Below are positions 27,790-36,497 of a stretch of DNA of 64,000 nt, in pieces. Within the stretch, counting starts at the first letter, position 1. The number at the start of each line of letters is the position of its first letter. The translations under genes and the position numbers were made by a program. Under the pieces are notes generated by a model. It was not told where the DNA came from and did not search any database. It saw only the letters and a program-made list of their open reading frames with translations. The DNA is from Saccharofermentans sp. GTDB lineage: Bacteria; Bacillota; Clostridia; Saccharofermentanales; Saccharofermentanaceae. The stretch is taken from contig JAZUDM010000038.1 in NCBI GenBank assembly GCA_045639635.1, positions 1,747 through 65,746 of the forward strand, in the 5' to 3' direction.

Positions 27790-29088
27790 ATGATCGACAT
27801 TAAATTTCTCCGTGCTAATCCAGATGCAGTTAAGGAGAACATTAAAAAGAAGTTTCAGGACGACAAGCTCCCATTGGTAGATGAGGTTATCGAGCTTGAT
27901 AAGGAATATCGTGAGTCAAAGACTCGCGCTGAGTATTTGAGAAGCCAGAGAAACTCTAAGTCAAAGCAGATTGGTATGCTTATGGGTCAGGGTAAGAAGG
28001 ATGAGGCTGAGGTTGTTAAGGCTGAGGTTACTTCTATGGCATCTGAGCTCGAGGCTCTTACTGTTAAGGAGACAGAACTTTCTGAGAAGATTGACAAGAT
28101 CATGCGTGTTATCCCTAACATCATTGATCCATCAGTACCTATCGGTAAGGATGATTCAGAGAATGTTGAAATCGAGAAGTTTGGTGAGCCATTCGTTCCA
28201 GAGTTCGAGATTCCATATCACGTAGATATTATGGAGAACTTGAATGGTATTGAGCTTGATCCTGCAAGAGATACTTCAGGTAACGGTTTCTACTACCTCT
28301 CAGGTGATATCGCAAGACTTCATTCAGCTATCCTTTCATACGCCAGAGACTTCATGATTGATCGTGGATTCACATACTACATCCCACCTTTCATGATTCG
28401 TTCTTCTGTAGTTACAGGAGTTATGAGCTTTGCTGAGATGGAGAACATGATGTATAAGATTGAGGGCGAGGATCTCTACCTTATCGGTACATCTGAGCAC
28501 TCAATGATCGGTAAGTTCATCAACACACTTACAGATGAGGAGAAGCTCCCTCAGACACTTACAAGTTACTCACCATGTTTCCGTAAGGAAGTTGGTGCTC
28601 ACGGTATCGAGGAGCGTGGTGTATATCGTATCCACCAGTTCGAGAAGCAGGAAATGATCGTTGTATGTAAGCCAGAAGAGAGTATGGACTGGTACAACAA
28701 GCTCTGGCAGAACTCAGTAGACTTCTTCAGAAGCCTTGATATCCCTGTACGTACACTCGAGTGCTGCTCAGGAGATCTTGCTGATCTTAAGGTTAAGTCT
28801 TGTGACGTAGAGGCATGGTCACCACGTCAGAAGAAGTATTTCGAGGTTGGTTCATGTTCTAACCTTGGTGATGCACAGGCTCGTCGTCTTGGTATCCGTA
28901 TCCGTTCAAAGGATAAGAGCCAGGGTAACTACCTTGCACACACACTCAATAACACAGTAGTAGCTCCACCAAGAATGCTCATCGCATTCCTCGAGAATAA
29001 CTTGAACGAGGATGGTTCTATCAGAATCCCACTCCCACTTAGAATGTACATGGGTGGCAAGAGCATTATCGAAGTACCTGAGAAGTAA
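27790..29088 (+). CDS. serS: Seryl-tRNA synthetase
   Basis: MIDIKFLR, LIGTSEH, CFRKEVGAHG...RIHQFEK, EVGSCSN, HTLNNT. Confidence 0.99.
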   Translation: MIDIKFLRANPDAVKENIKKKFQDDKLPLVDEVIELDKEYRESKTRAEYLRSQRNSKSKQIGMLMGQGKKDEAEVVKAEVTSMASELEALTVKETELSEKIDKIMRVIPNIIDPSVPIGKDDSENVEIEKFGEPFVPEFEIPYHVDIMENLNGIELDPARDTSGNGFYYLSGDIARLHSAILSYARDFMIDRGFTYYIPPFMIRSSVVTGVMSFAEMENMMYKIEGEDLYLIGTSEHSMIGKFINTLTDEEKLPQTLTSYSPCFRKEVGAHGIEERGVYRIHQFEKQEMIVVCKPEESMDWYNKLWQNSVDFFRSLDIPVRTLECCSGDLADLKVKSCDVEAWSPRQKKYFEVGSCSNLGDAQARRLGIRIRSKDKSQGNYLAHTLNNTVVAPPRMLIAFLENNLNEDGSIRIPLPLRMYMGGKSIIEVPEK

Positions 29089-29111
29089 TAAACTTAGATT
29101 TGATAACAAAT

Positions 29112-29141
29112 AAAGCCTGGATTAATTTCCAGGCTTTTTGT
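29112..29141 (+). terminator. Intrinsic terminator of serS
   Basis: AAAGCCTGGA-TTAATT-TCCAGGCTTT followed by TTGTTT. Confidence 0.85.
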
Positions 29142-29159
29142 TTGCCCTAAATACAGGCA

Positions 29160-29186
29160 ATAAAAAACCCGGCTTATAAAGCCGGG
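29160..29186 (-). terminator. Intrinsic terminator of rpmB
   Basis: CCCGGCTT-N3-AAGCCGGG, followed by TTTTTTA on the minus strand. Confidence 0.85.
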
Positions 29187-29212
29187 AATAATAAGCAATT
29201 AATTATCTTACA

Positions 29213-29410
29213 TTAAGCTCTCTTAACGAGACCAGAACGCAAGCATCTTGTGCAAACTTTCATAGTCTTAGGGGTGCCATCAACTACTACCTTAACGCTA
29301 TGAACGTTAGGCTGCTGAGTTGTAAGTGCACGACGTGAAATCTGCGAACGTGTAATGCTTATCTTTCTGCCAAAAAATGTATCCTTCTGACAAACTTCAC
29401 ACTTAGCCAT
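29213..29410 (-). CDS. rpmB: 50S ribosomal protein L28 (Zn-binding CxxC form)
   Basis: MAKCEVCQK...PNVHSVKVVVDGTPKTMKVCTRCLRSGLVKRA; GGAGGTG SD. Confidence 0.97.
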   Translation of the reverse strand: MAKCEVCQKDTFFGRKISITRSQISRRALTTQQPNVHSVKVVVDGTPKTMKVCTRCLRSGLVKRA

Positions 29411-29448
29411 GGGGAACACCTCCTATCAATCTTTTAAAGCGCTAGAAA

Positions 29449-29477
29449 ATAATATCACAGTTGCTCCAAAGTTGCAA
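29449..29477 (-). promoter_or_regulatory. Sigma-A promoter of rpmB
   Basis: Minus strand TTGCAA, 17 bp, TGA-TATTAT (extended -10). Confidence 0.7.
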
Positions 29478-29522
29478 CTATTATTTAAAAATATTTATCG
29501 AGCAGTTAATTCATGTTACTTA

Positions 29523-30761
29523 TTAATCAAAAACACGTCTTACAGTTATTATTCTTTGGCAAATATCACTGTCAGAATTGAAGTTTATAAGTCTGATCGT
29601 TGTACCTGCCTTAGATACCATTAGAAGCGTGCCTGTGTCCGTACAGACTGCCATCTCGTATACCTGGCTATTCTCCGTCGCATTCTCATGCGGGGCCGCG
29701 AGGAACACTATATCACCTGGAATAATGTCTTCGATTATAAGTTCGCTTGTAACTACATCGTAGCCCGGTACAACCTCTGTACCCATTCTCATCTGCTCTT
29801 CTATCGTACGTGGCATTGGAATGCCGTTAACGCAGGAGCAGACGTATACAAGACCATTTACAGATAATCCGTTCATCGAGATTCCATTAGTGATATACAT
29901 GGAATTAACAAAGCTCAACGCTGAACTTACAAAGTATCTGCAGGATACGGCCTCAATCTCTTCTCTAGGACCAATCTCGATTACTCCTGAAGATCCAATC
30001 CAGCCAATCTCACCGCCCGGGAGATAAACCTGATATACACCGTCTCGCTTAACATCAGCATATAAAACAGTATTCATCATTACCTTTGTAATAAGTGTAC
30101 CGTTACTTGCGTGAGTCATTACGTTCTTACAGTTCTCAGAAACGATAAGCTTATATTCGTGAAGGTCAGGCTCAATTGAATCTCTGTCAGCAATCATGTT
30201 ATTTGTAAGGATATAACCCTGAATACCGTCAGTAGTCTCAATAAGTGAGTAGCCATTACCACCATCGAGCTGCAGCACCCTGACAGGCTCGTTATAAAGA
30301 ACCTCTGTAACTCTATAGGAAGAATTATCAGGACTTTCCCTCAAAACTGCTACAGTCGTATTGACAACGTAATAGGAGTCATCGTAAACAAGATTTACAG
30401 GCTTTTCCACGAAGAGCTCGATATTCGATCCCTTAAAGAAACTAGGAAGTACATTAGGTAGAATATAGAAAACAAGAGAAAGCACGAAAATAAAAGCCAG
30501 CGAAGCGATAACGAATCGCAAAATGACATTACGCTTACGATGACGAACGGAATCATCACCACGGCCGAGACCCCAGATATCCTGCATATTCTCAACCTGG
30601 CCGAAATCACCCTCCAGCTTATTTGAGTCATTAAGGAACGAAAGATTATTCTCAACGTGTCTTACGTTCTTTTCCCTGCTCTCAAATAGTAGCGAGTCAT
30701 CGTTTTTCTTAAACCAGTTCTTCTTTGAGCTGGATTTTGAATCACTTTTATTCTTCTTCAT
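29523..30761 (-). CDS. Membrane-anchored SH3b + NlpC/P60 (YkfC-like) protein, catalytic residues lost
   Basis: TM helix, SH3b (LRESPDNSSYRVTEVLYNEPV...GYI). NlpC/P60 scaffold GIPMPRT..EQ..G, PGDIVF, VRRVF, with GLSVNG in place of GFDCSG. Confidence 0.75.
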   Translation of the reverse strand: MKKNKSDSKSSSKKNWFKKNDDSLLFESREKNVRHVENNLSFLNDSNKLEGDFGQVENMQDIWGLGRGDDSVRHRKRNVILRFVIASLAFIFVLSLVFYILPNVLPSFFKGSNIELFVEKPVNLVYDDSYYVVNTTVAVLRESPDNSSYRVTEVLYNEPVRVLQLDGGNGYSLIETTDGIQGYILTNNMIADRDSIEPDLHEYKLIVSENCKNVMTHASNGTLITKVMMNTVLYADVKRDGVYQVYLPGGEIGWIGSSGVIEIGPREEIEAVSCRYFVSSALSFVNSMYITNGISMNGLSVNGLVYVCSCVNGIPMPRTIEEQMRMGTEVVPGYDVVTSELIIEDIIPGDIVFLAAPHENATENSQVYEMAVCTDTGTLLMVSKAGTTIRLINFNSDSDICQRIITVRRVFD

Positions 30762-30770
30762 TAATCTTTA

Positions 30771-31169
30771 TCACTCTTCGTCAGTAAGAAGTGTAACAAA
30801 AGCGCATGCTACACCACCATCGTGAGAAAGACTCACACTTACTGATGTTACCTTTAATTCTTCTGCTCTCTTCAAAGCTTCACCATGGAACACAAGTTCT
30901 GGTGCACCATTAGCTCCTCTTACGATTTCAAAATCAAGAAAGCCAATATTTTCTGTACAGATTCCTGTTCCAAGGGCCTTGGCTGCAGCTTCCTTGGCAG
31001 CAAATCTTGCTGCTAAGCTCTCTGCACGTCTGATATCAATCTTATGAGCCATAGCGTACTCATATTCACTGCCTAAAAAGCACTTCTTAAAGAAACTGGT
31101 ATTATTGTTCTCGACATGCTTTAAAATTCTATCGATATTTACAATATCAACGCCGTTTCTTATTTTCAT
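30771..31169 (-). CDS. acpS: Holo-ACP synthase
   Basis: GVDIVNIDRI, LAARFAAKEAAAKALGTG, GAPEL, SVSLSHD. Confidence 0.97.
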   Translation of the reverse strand: MKIRNGVDIVNIDRILKHVENNNTSFFKKCFLGSEYEYAMAHKIDIRRAESLAARFAAKEAAAKALGTGICTENIGFLDFEIVRGANGAPELVFHGEALKRAEELKVTSVSVSLSHDGGVACAFVTLLTDEE

Positions 31170-32056
31170 ACAACAACTGCCTTATCAATCTTTCCGCTGA
31201 GTCTTACTTCACTATTCTGAACAAGCTCAGGCTTGGAATAGATAGATACAAGTAATGTTGGAAGTCCTGCTGCATTACGAGCCTCAATTACAGCATTAAT
31301 GGAAGATGCCTTAATCCAGCTTCTAGTAATTTCTGCAGCATATTCATCGATTACAAGGAAATCACAATTCTTAATGAATTCCATTGTATCGTTATCCAGA
31401 TCAGCCATCTCCTCAGCCTTTACATAAGCTGCACCGATGCCCTCAATAATTGCATACTTAACGAGAATTACTGAAAGGAATGTCTTTCCAGACTGAACCT
31501 TATCAGTATATAAATAAAGTCCCTGATTCTCCTTACGGGAATTCTCAAAAACCTTCTTTACGCTGTCGAATACCTTCTTACGACGAGCCTTATCGCCAAA
31601 GTAATCACTCTTATAATTCTTAAGTGTATACATACTGTAGTCAGCAAGACCGCAGTAGTTATAACACTTTATAAGCTCATCTGACATACAGTCATTACAA
31701 ACAATCTCGATTCCACCCTTTGTAGTAACAAAGCCTGTGTCCTTACATGACATGCAGACAGGCTGCTCCTCATCGAAGTCAGGGTCAATCTTATTCTTCT
31801 TAATGAAGTTAACGCGATCCTCGTAAAGTTCCTCCAAACGCTTATCAAGAGCAGGAATTGGGGCATCGTTGCTATCGATCATGGCAACGATTTTTTCCTT
31901 ACGAATATTAACGATTTCAACATCGATTTTCTTAAGTTCAGGGAACTTTGCATATACAAGATTCATTCTGTCTTCCAACTGAATTGCTCTTGTAGCACTA
32001 AGTGAACCACGCTTTTCTCCAATAAGTGATTTAATTGTCTGCATCGCTGCCTCCAA
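31166..32056 (-). CDS. DnaC/DnaI-like (IstB family) helicase-loader-like protein, degenerate AAA+
   Basis: CMSCKDTG...CNDC Zn finger, DKVQSGKTFL, DFLVIDEYAAE. Directly downstream of a DnaD gene. Confidence 0.7.
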   Translation of the reverse strand: MEAAMQTIKSLIGEKRGSLSATRAIQLEDRMNLVYAKFPELKKIDVEIVNIRKEKIVAMIDSNDAPIPALDKRLEELYEDRVNFIKKNKIDPDFDEEQPVCMSCKDTGFVTTKGGIEIVCNDCMSDELIKCYNYCGLADYSMYTLKNYKSDYFGDKARRKKVFDSVKKVFENSRKENQGLYLYTDKVQSGKTFLSVILVKYAIIEGIGAAYVKAEEMADLDNDTMEFIKNCDFLVIDEYAAEITRSWIKASSINAVIEARNAAGLPTLLVSIYSKPELVQNSEVRLSGKIDKAVVV

Positions 32057-33086
32057 ACAGGTTCAAAATCTCGTCTTCTTCAACGTCAGGATCTGATGTA
32101 ACTGCTTCTTCAGCCTTCTTTGGAGATTCTGTTTTAGTTTCAGAAGAACCTACTCCCATCTCACCGCCAAGCTTCCAAGGATTACCTGAAGCCTTCTTAC
32201 GGCTGGCTTTACTCTTATTCTCTTCGTGCTTCTTATTCTCGTAAACAGCAGCCTTATCGATAGTAGTAATATCTGAAAGATACCACTCCTTAAGCTTGTC
32301 GCCTACGTTACGAAGTGTAATTGTGCTTCTAAAGTCGTTACAACGGTAAGCGTACTCTACTAACTCTACGCTAACGTCATATTCAGAAACCCATGTCTCA
32401 ATCTTCTCAATATCGAGACCGTCAAGACGCTTTCTCATAAGCTTTCCAAGACTCTTTACAATCTCTTCTGCCTTATTCTTGTTAGCAATCATTGTAGTTA
32501 ACTTATCAGGTGTAGTGTAACCCTTCTTGTACCAGTCTTCTGCGACTTTTTGTAAGAAATTAATTCTATAAAGCTGCTTTTCACGTCTTGCCTCTTCGAA
32601 AAGAGTATAAATTACAGCAGAATCAAATCCATACTCGTAAAGGCACTTATCGATGAGACGATAGTTAAGAGCTGCCATTTTACCAAGGTAGAATGTCTTA
32701 TTAATGCTGCTTGCAAGAACATCACGTGAATTATCAGAAGACAGAGAAACTCCATCAAGAGAGTCTCCTCTGGCGTTCATTGTCTTACAATACTCTTCTA
32801 CTTCACGCTTCTTAAGATCTACGAGCTGATACTTGTTATTCTTATCCTTAATAACCAAATCCTGGCTTATTAACTCAGCGAAAGCCTCACTGCGCTCCGC
32901 TTTTGTAATAACCTGATACTCCTTAAGATCGTTTTCAGTGAACTTATCGTTTCCTAAAATCATAAGAAGCCACATGTATAAACATATGGCATTCTTAGAA
33001 AGTTCCTGTATATATTGTGTAAGAAAAATATCTGGAACAAGTGTATCTGATATTAATAATTCTGAGTTGTCTTTATTAATAGACAT
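32031..33086 (-). CDS. dnaD: DnaD domain replication protein
   Basis: DTLVPDIFLTQYI N-terminus; two DnaD-like repeats (RINFLQKVAEDWYKKG; LRNVGDKLKEWYLSDITT). Confidence 0.75.
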   Translation of the reverse strand: MSINKDNSELLISDTLVPDIFLTQYIQELSKNAICLYMWLLMILGNDKFTENDLKEYQVITKAERSEAFAELISQDLVIKDKNNKYQLVDLKKREVEEYCKTMNARGDSLDGVSLSSDNSRDVLASSINKTFYLGKMAALNYRLIDKCLYEYGFDSAVIYTLFEEARREKQLYRINFLQKVAEDWYKKGYTTPDKLTTMIANKNKAEEIVKSLGKLMRKRLDGLDIEKIETWVSEYDVSVELVEYAYRCNDFRSTITLRNVGDKLKEWYLSDITTIDKAAVYENKKHEENKSKASRKKASGNPWKLGGEMGVGSSETKTESPKKAEEAVTSDPDVEEDEILNLFGGSDADN

Positions 33087-33098
33087 ATATTCTCCTAA

Positions 33099-34877
33099 TT
33101 AACCGCCCGGATTTTCTTCTGGTGCAGGCTGCTGTGGTTCCGTTTCAGGCGGAGCTGTTGGCTCTGTCTGTGGTGCCTCTGTAGCTGCTGGCTCTGTTGC
33201 AGAAGTCTCAGATGAAGTCTCACTAGGTGCTGTATATGTTGGTGTAACAGTTCCTGTTGAAGCATCGAACTGTGCCTGTGTACCATCTGCCTGCAATGTA
33301 CCTACCTCAACAATTGCTGGGATAACAGGATATACAGATGACATCATCTCAACACGATTAATCTCGTTACCGTTAGCGTCGTGCCATACAGCCCATGCAC
33401 GAGCTGTAACACCTGGATGTGAACCTCTGACTGTATTTGTTGAACCAACTGGCATTGAAGTGTTCTGAACATAAGTTGTACCAGCAGGTGTTGTACCAGT
33501 TCTCTGGCCCTCGATTGTGATGTACTGTCCATCTGGGAGCAAGTGTCCGTAGATTTCTACAGTTACTACACTGTTGCTTGAGTTCCAGTTAGCAATAAGG
33601 ATAATTGGATATCCACTTGTATTTGTAAACTTAAGGTCCTGAGCTGGCCAGTCTACTGCAGCATCTGTACCATCATCAGCATAAGAAGATGGCCACATAT
33701 GAGGCTGTCTCTGGTTGATCTCAAGGTTTGCCTTAACAGCTGACTGATAAATCATTGTTGAAACCTGGCAGATACCACCACCAAAGTCTGTCTCTGATCT
33801 ACCATCAACGATAACACCAGCCTCACGATAACCGTTAGCAGCTGTACGCTGACCGATAAACTCATTGAATGAGAAGTAATCACCAGCCTCGATTACAAGA
33901 CCATTGATTCTCTCACATGTGATATTAATGTTGTGGTTTCTGTTAGCAACAGCTGCTGTTGTCGAAGAAGATGATGAAACCTTACCAAACTCAGCCTCAA
34001 TAAGCTCAGATGTAAGTGTTGGCTCCTCAACTTCTGCAGTTACATCAACGATACCTACGTATGTGCTGCTATCAAGAAGTGCCTTAACATCAGCGATTGT
34101 CTGATCAATATCGATTGTGTAACCCTCTTCAGAAGGTGTGTACTCGAATCTGCATGATTCTACGTTGAAACCTGTAATCTCAGCCTCAACTGCCTCGTGT
34201 ACGTAGCTGTCGAGAACTCCGTGAACAAGTGTTGCAATCTCATCTGAGTGGAGTGTGTATGCTGTATTAAAGATTACTGGGCTCTTCTTAAGTGCCTCAC
34301 GCTGATTATAAAGTTCAATCAAAGCATTAACATCCTCGTTACCTGTTGGCTTCAAGTAATTAAAAGCTTCGTTTGCAACTTCCTCAGCATTGTTTGTGAT
34401 TGGAAGTGAGCTCAAATCAAGTGGGATAAGCTCATCGTCAAGGTTAAGCTGAATATCAATATCAAGTGGTGCAGCTGGCTGGTTTGCAATAACTGCTGCA
34501 AGACCTGCATCAAGAGACATACCAGAAACGTTAGTTGAATCGATAACGACACCCTCAACGAATCCCTCTGTATTAAGAGAATTTCTAAGCTCAGTCTCTG
34601 TCATCTGAACTACTGTACCATCAGCATTTGTAAGATCATATTTTGTCTCGAACAATCCCATCTTCCAAACTACTACGCCTGCAATACCTACTACTGCAAG
34701 AACAGCTGCCACGATAGCAACTGGAATCCAAGGAGACTTCTTACTCTTCTTAGACTTTCTGGAAGATGAACTCTTAGCTGGAACTCTAGATGGAGTTGAT
34801 GAAGCAGTTCTGGAACTGCTTCTTACTGAATTACCCGGTCTAACACTCTTAGAATTGTTTGCACCTGTTTTCTTCAT
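33099..34877 (-). CDS. VanW family protein with PG-binding region and Pro/Thr/Glu-rich tail
   Basis: Basic N-terminus, TM; NRNHNINITCERINGLVIEAGDYFSFNEFIG, GGGICQVSTMIY, RQPHMW, DAAVDW..QDLKFTN. Confidence 0.9.
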   Translation of the reverse strand: MKKTGANNSKSVRPGNSVRSSSRTASSTPSRVPAKSSSSRKSKKSKKSPWIPVAIVAAVLAVVGIAGVVVWKMGLFETKYDLTNADGTVVQMTETELRNSLNTEGFVEGVVIDSTNVSGMSLDAGLAAVIANQPAAPLDIDIQLNLDDELIPLDLSSLPITNNAEEVANEAFNYLKPTGNEDVNALIELYNQREALKKSPVIFNTAYTLHSDEIATLVHGVLDSYVHEAVEAEITGFNVESCRFEYTPSEEGYTIDIDQTIADVKALLDSSTYVGIVDVTAEVEEPTLTSELIEAEFGKVSSSSSTTAAVANRNHNINITCERINGLVIEAGDYFSFNEFIGQRTAANGYREAGVIVDGRSETDFGGGICQVSTMIYQSAVKANLEINQRQPHMWPSSYADDGTDAAVDWPAQDLKFTNTSGYPIILIANWNSSNSVVTVEIYGHLLPDGQYITIEGQRTGTTPAGTTYVQNTSMPVGSTNTVRGSHPGVTARAWAVWHDANGNEINRVEMMSSVYPVIPAIVEVGTLQADGTQAQFDASTGTVTPTYTAPSETSSETSATEPAATEAPQTEPTAPPETEPQQPAPEENPGG

Positions 34878-34942
34878 ATAAATAACGCCTCTATATTTTT
34901 TTAAATTTATAATCTACACCTATGCATAAAAACACACACTTA

Positions 34943-34977
34943 AATATAATCAAAAGCTTCATTACATTCAAGTTACA
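34943..34977 (-). promoter_or_regulatory. vanW-operon promoter overlapped by a WalR-type direct repeat
   Basis: Minus strand TTGAAT (34971-66), 17 bp, TATATT (34948-43). TGTAAC-ttgaa-TGTAAT at 34977-34961. Confidence 0.55.
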
Positions 34978-35031
34978 AAACGCCAAATGCACCCATTTTT
35001 TTAAATTTTATTTTAGTATTTAGACACTTTT

Positions 35032-35053
35032 TTCTTATGTACTTACATAAGAA
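35032..35053. promoter_or_regulatory. Perfect 10-bp inverted repeat (putative operator) upstream of the priming glycosyltransferase
   Basis: TTCTTATGTA-CT-TACATAAGAA; TATAAT at 35062-35067. Confidence 0.5.
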
Positions 35054-35096
35054 TAATAAGTTATAATGGTGATGATTATTTTCTTAGAGGGCAAGA

Positions 35097-36497
35097 ATGA
35101 AATTTAAACTAACAGTTCCACATTTCTTTAAATTGATTTTTCTTATTGGAATAATCATTGTGGTGCATGCAGCTTACCTTACAAGTTTCTATGCATGGTT
35201 TGGTAGCGCAATGGAGGATCCGCTTATTAATAACTTCGATGCGTATAAAGCGCTCGTTCCAGTTATTACTATTGCTTCCATTTTCCTTGCAGACTTTCTT
35301 CAGATGCCTCGATTCTTCCGTAAGAAGAATATCGATATTGTCGCTCAGACATTGAAATTCAGCTTTATCCTTACACTTATCACACTTTCTGCCAAGGACC
35401 TTACTGAGCAGAGAGCCTTCCCTCGAAGCGTTATTCTTATTAGCTTTGTGCTTCTTATTATTTACGTTTTCACCTGGGAAATGATTTGTAGTTTCATCAG
35501 CCACAGAATGTACGATAACGCAGAGCTTGTAATTATCGGTTCTAACAAGGCTACTATGGATCTCGTTCGCGATAAGATTTACCCTACACTTCACGGTATG
35601 GACCTCGATTTTGGTAAATCAGTAAGATATTCAGACAAAGCTGCTATCCGTTCTGCTATCAGACGTAATGCTGAGATTTTCCTCTGTCCTGACGTACCAG
35701 AGGATGTTAAGTCTGAAATTATCCTTCTTTGTGCTAAGAATAATACTGTTGTATATGTTGTTCCTCAGTTCTATGAGATCAGCCTTTATAAGTCCAGAGT
35801 TATTAACTTTAACGACCTTATGGTAATGCTAATCGACCGTATGGGACTTACTTTTGAGCAGAAGATTATTAAGAGAACTATGGATCTTATTATCTCCCTT
35901 CTCGCTTTAATTATTTCTTCACCAATCATTCTTATCTGCGCAATCGTTATTAAGCTTAGTGACGGTGGTCCTGTTTTCTATACTCAGGAGCGTCTCACAA
36001 TTAATAACAAGCCATATAAGATTTATAAGCTTAGAACAATGAGACAGGACGCCGAGGTTACAACTGGTGCTGTTATTTCTGGTAAGGATGACCCACGTGT
36101 TACACCATTCGGAAGATTCCTCCGTAAGTCCAAGCTCGACGAGGTTCCTCAGTTTATTAACGTATTAAAAGGCGAAATGAGTGTCGTTGGTCCTAGATCA
36201 GAAAGACCTGAATTCGTATCTAATTTCGAGAAGGAAATTCCTGGTTACTCACAGCGTTTTGCAGTAAAGGCTGGTATTACAGGTCTTGCTCAGGTTGCTG
36301 GTAACTACGACACAACTCCTCAGGACAAGCTCCGTTATGACCTCCTTTACATCAAGAACTATTCAATCCTTCAGGATTTGAAGATTATGTTCTTAACAGT
36401 AAAGGCTGTATTTACACCTAACCTTTATAACAGAAGCTTTGAAGACAATAAGTCTACTTTCGTTTCTACTAACAGCAAGGGTGAAGAGAATGAATAA
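35097..36497 (+). CDS. Polyprenyl-phosphate sugar-1-phosphate (priming) transferase, large monotopic PGT with N-terminal TM domain
   Basis: Four N-terminal TMs; KRTMDLIIS, DGGPVFYTQER, YKLRTM, DPRVTPFGRFLRKSKLDEVPQFINVLKGEMSVVGPRSERP, KAGITGLAQV. Confidence 0.95.
   Translation: MKFKLTVPHFFKLIFLIGIIIVVHAAYLTSFYAWFGSAMEDPLINNFDAYKALVPVITIASIFLADFLQMPRFFRKKNIDIVAQTLKFSFILTLITLSAKDLTEQRAFPRSVILISFVLLIIYVFTWEMICSFISHRMYDNAELVIIGSNKATMDLVRDKIYPTLHGMDLDFGKSVRYSDKAAIRSAIRRNAEIFLCPDVPEDVKSEIILLCAKNNTVVYVVPQFYEISLYKSRVINFNDLMVMLIDRMGLTFEQKIIKRTMDLIISLLALIISSPIILICAIVIKLSDGGPVFYTQERLTINNKPYKIYKLRTMRQDAEVTTGAVISGKDDPRVTPFGRFLRKSKLDEVPQFINVLKGEMSVVGPRSERPEFVSNFEKEIPGYSQRFAVKAGITGLAQVAGNYDTTPQDKLRYDLLYIKNYSILQDLKIMFLTVKAVFTPNLYNRSFEDNKSTFVSTNSKGEENE

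Noticed and set aside
29459-29479. AGTTGC-N9-GCAACT dyad over the rpmB -35
   Set aside because: Short, and largely explained by the self-complementary TTGCAA -35 itself.
33110-33260. Repetitive Pro/Thr/Glu/Ala codons at the VanW 3' end (also the PTPT linker at 26610-26645 and the HtrA acidic N-terminus)
   Set aside because: Ordinary low-complexity linkers of surface proteins, not DNA repeat arrays.
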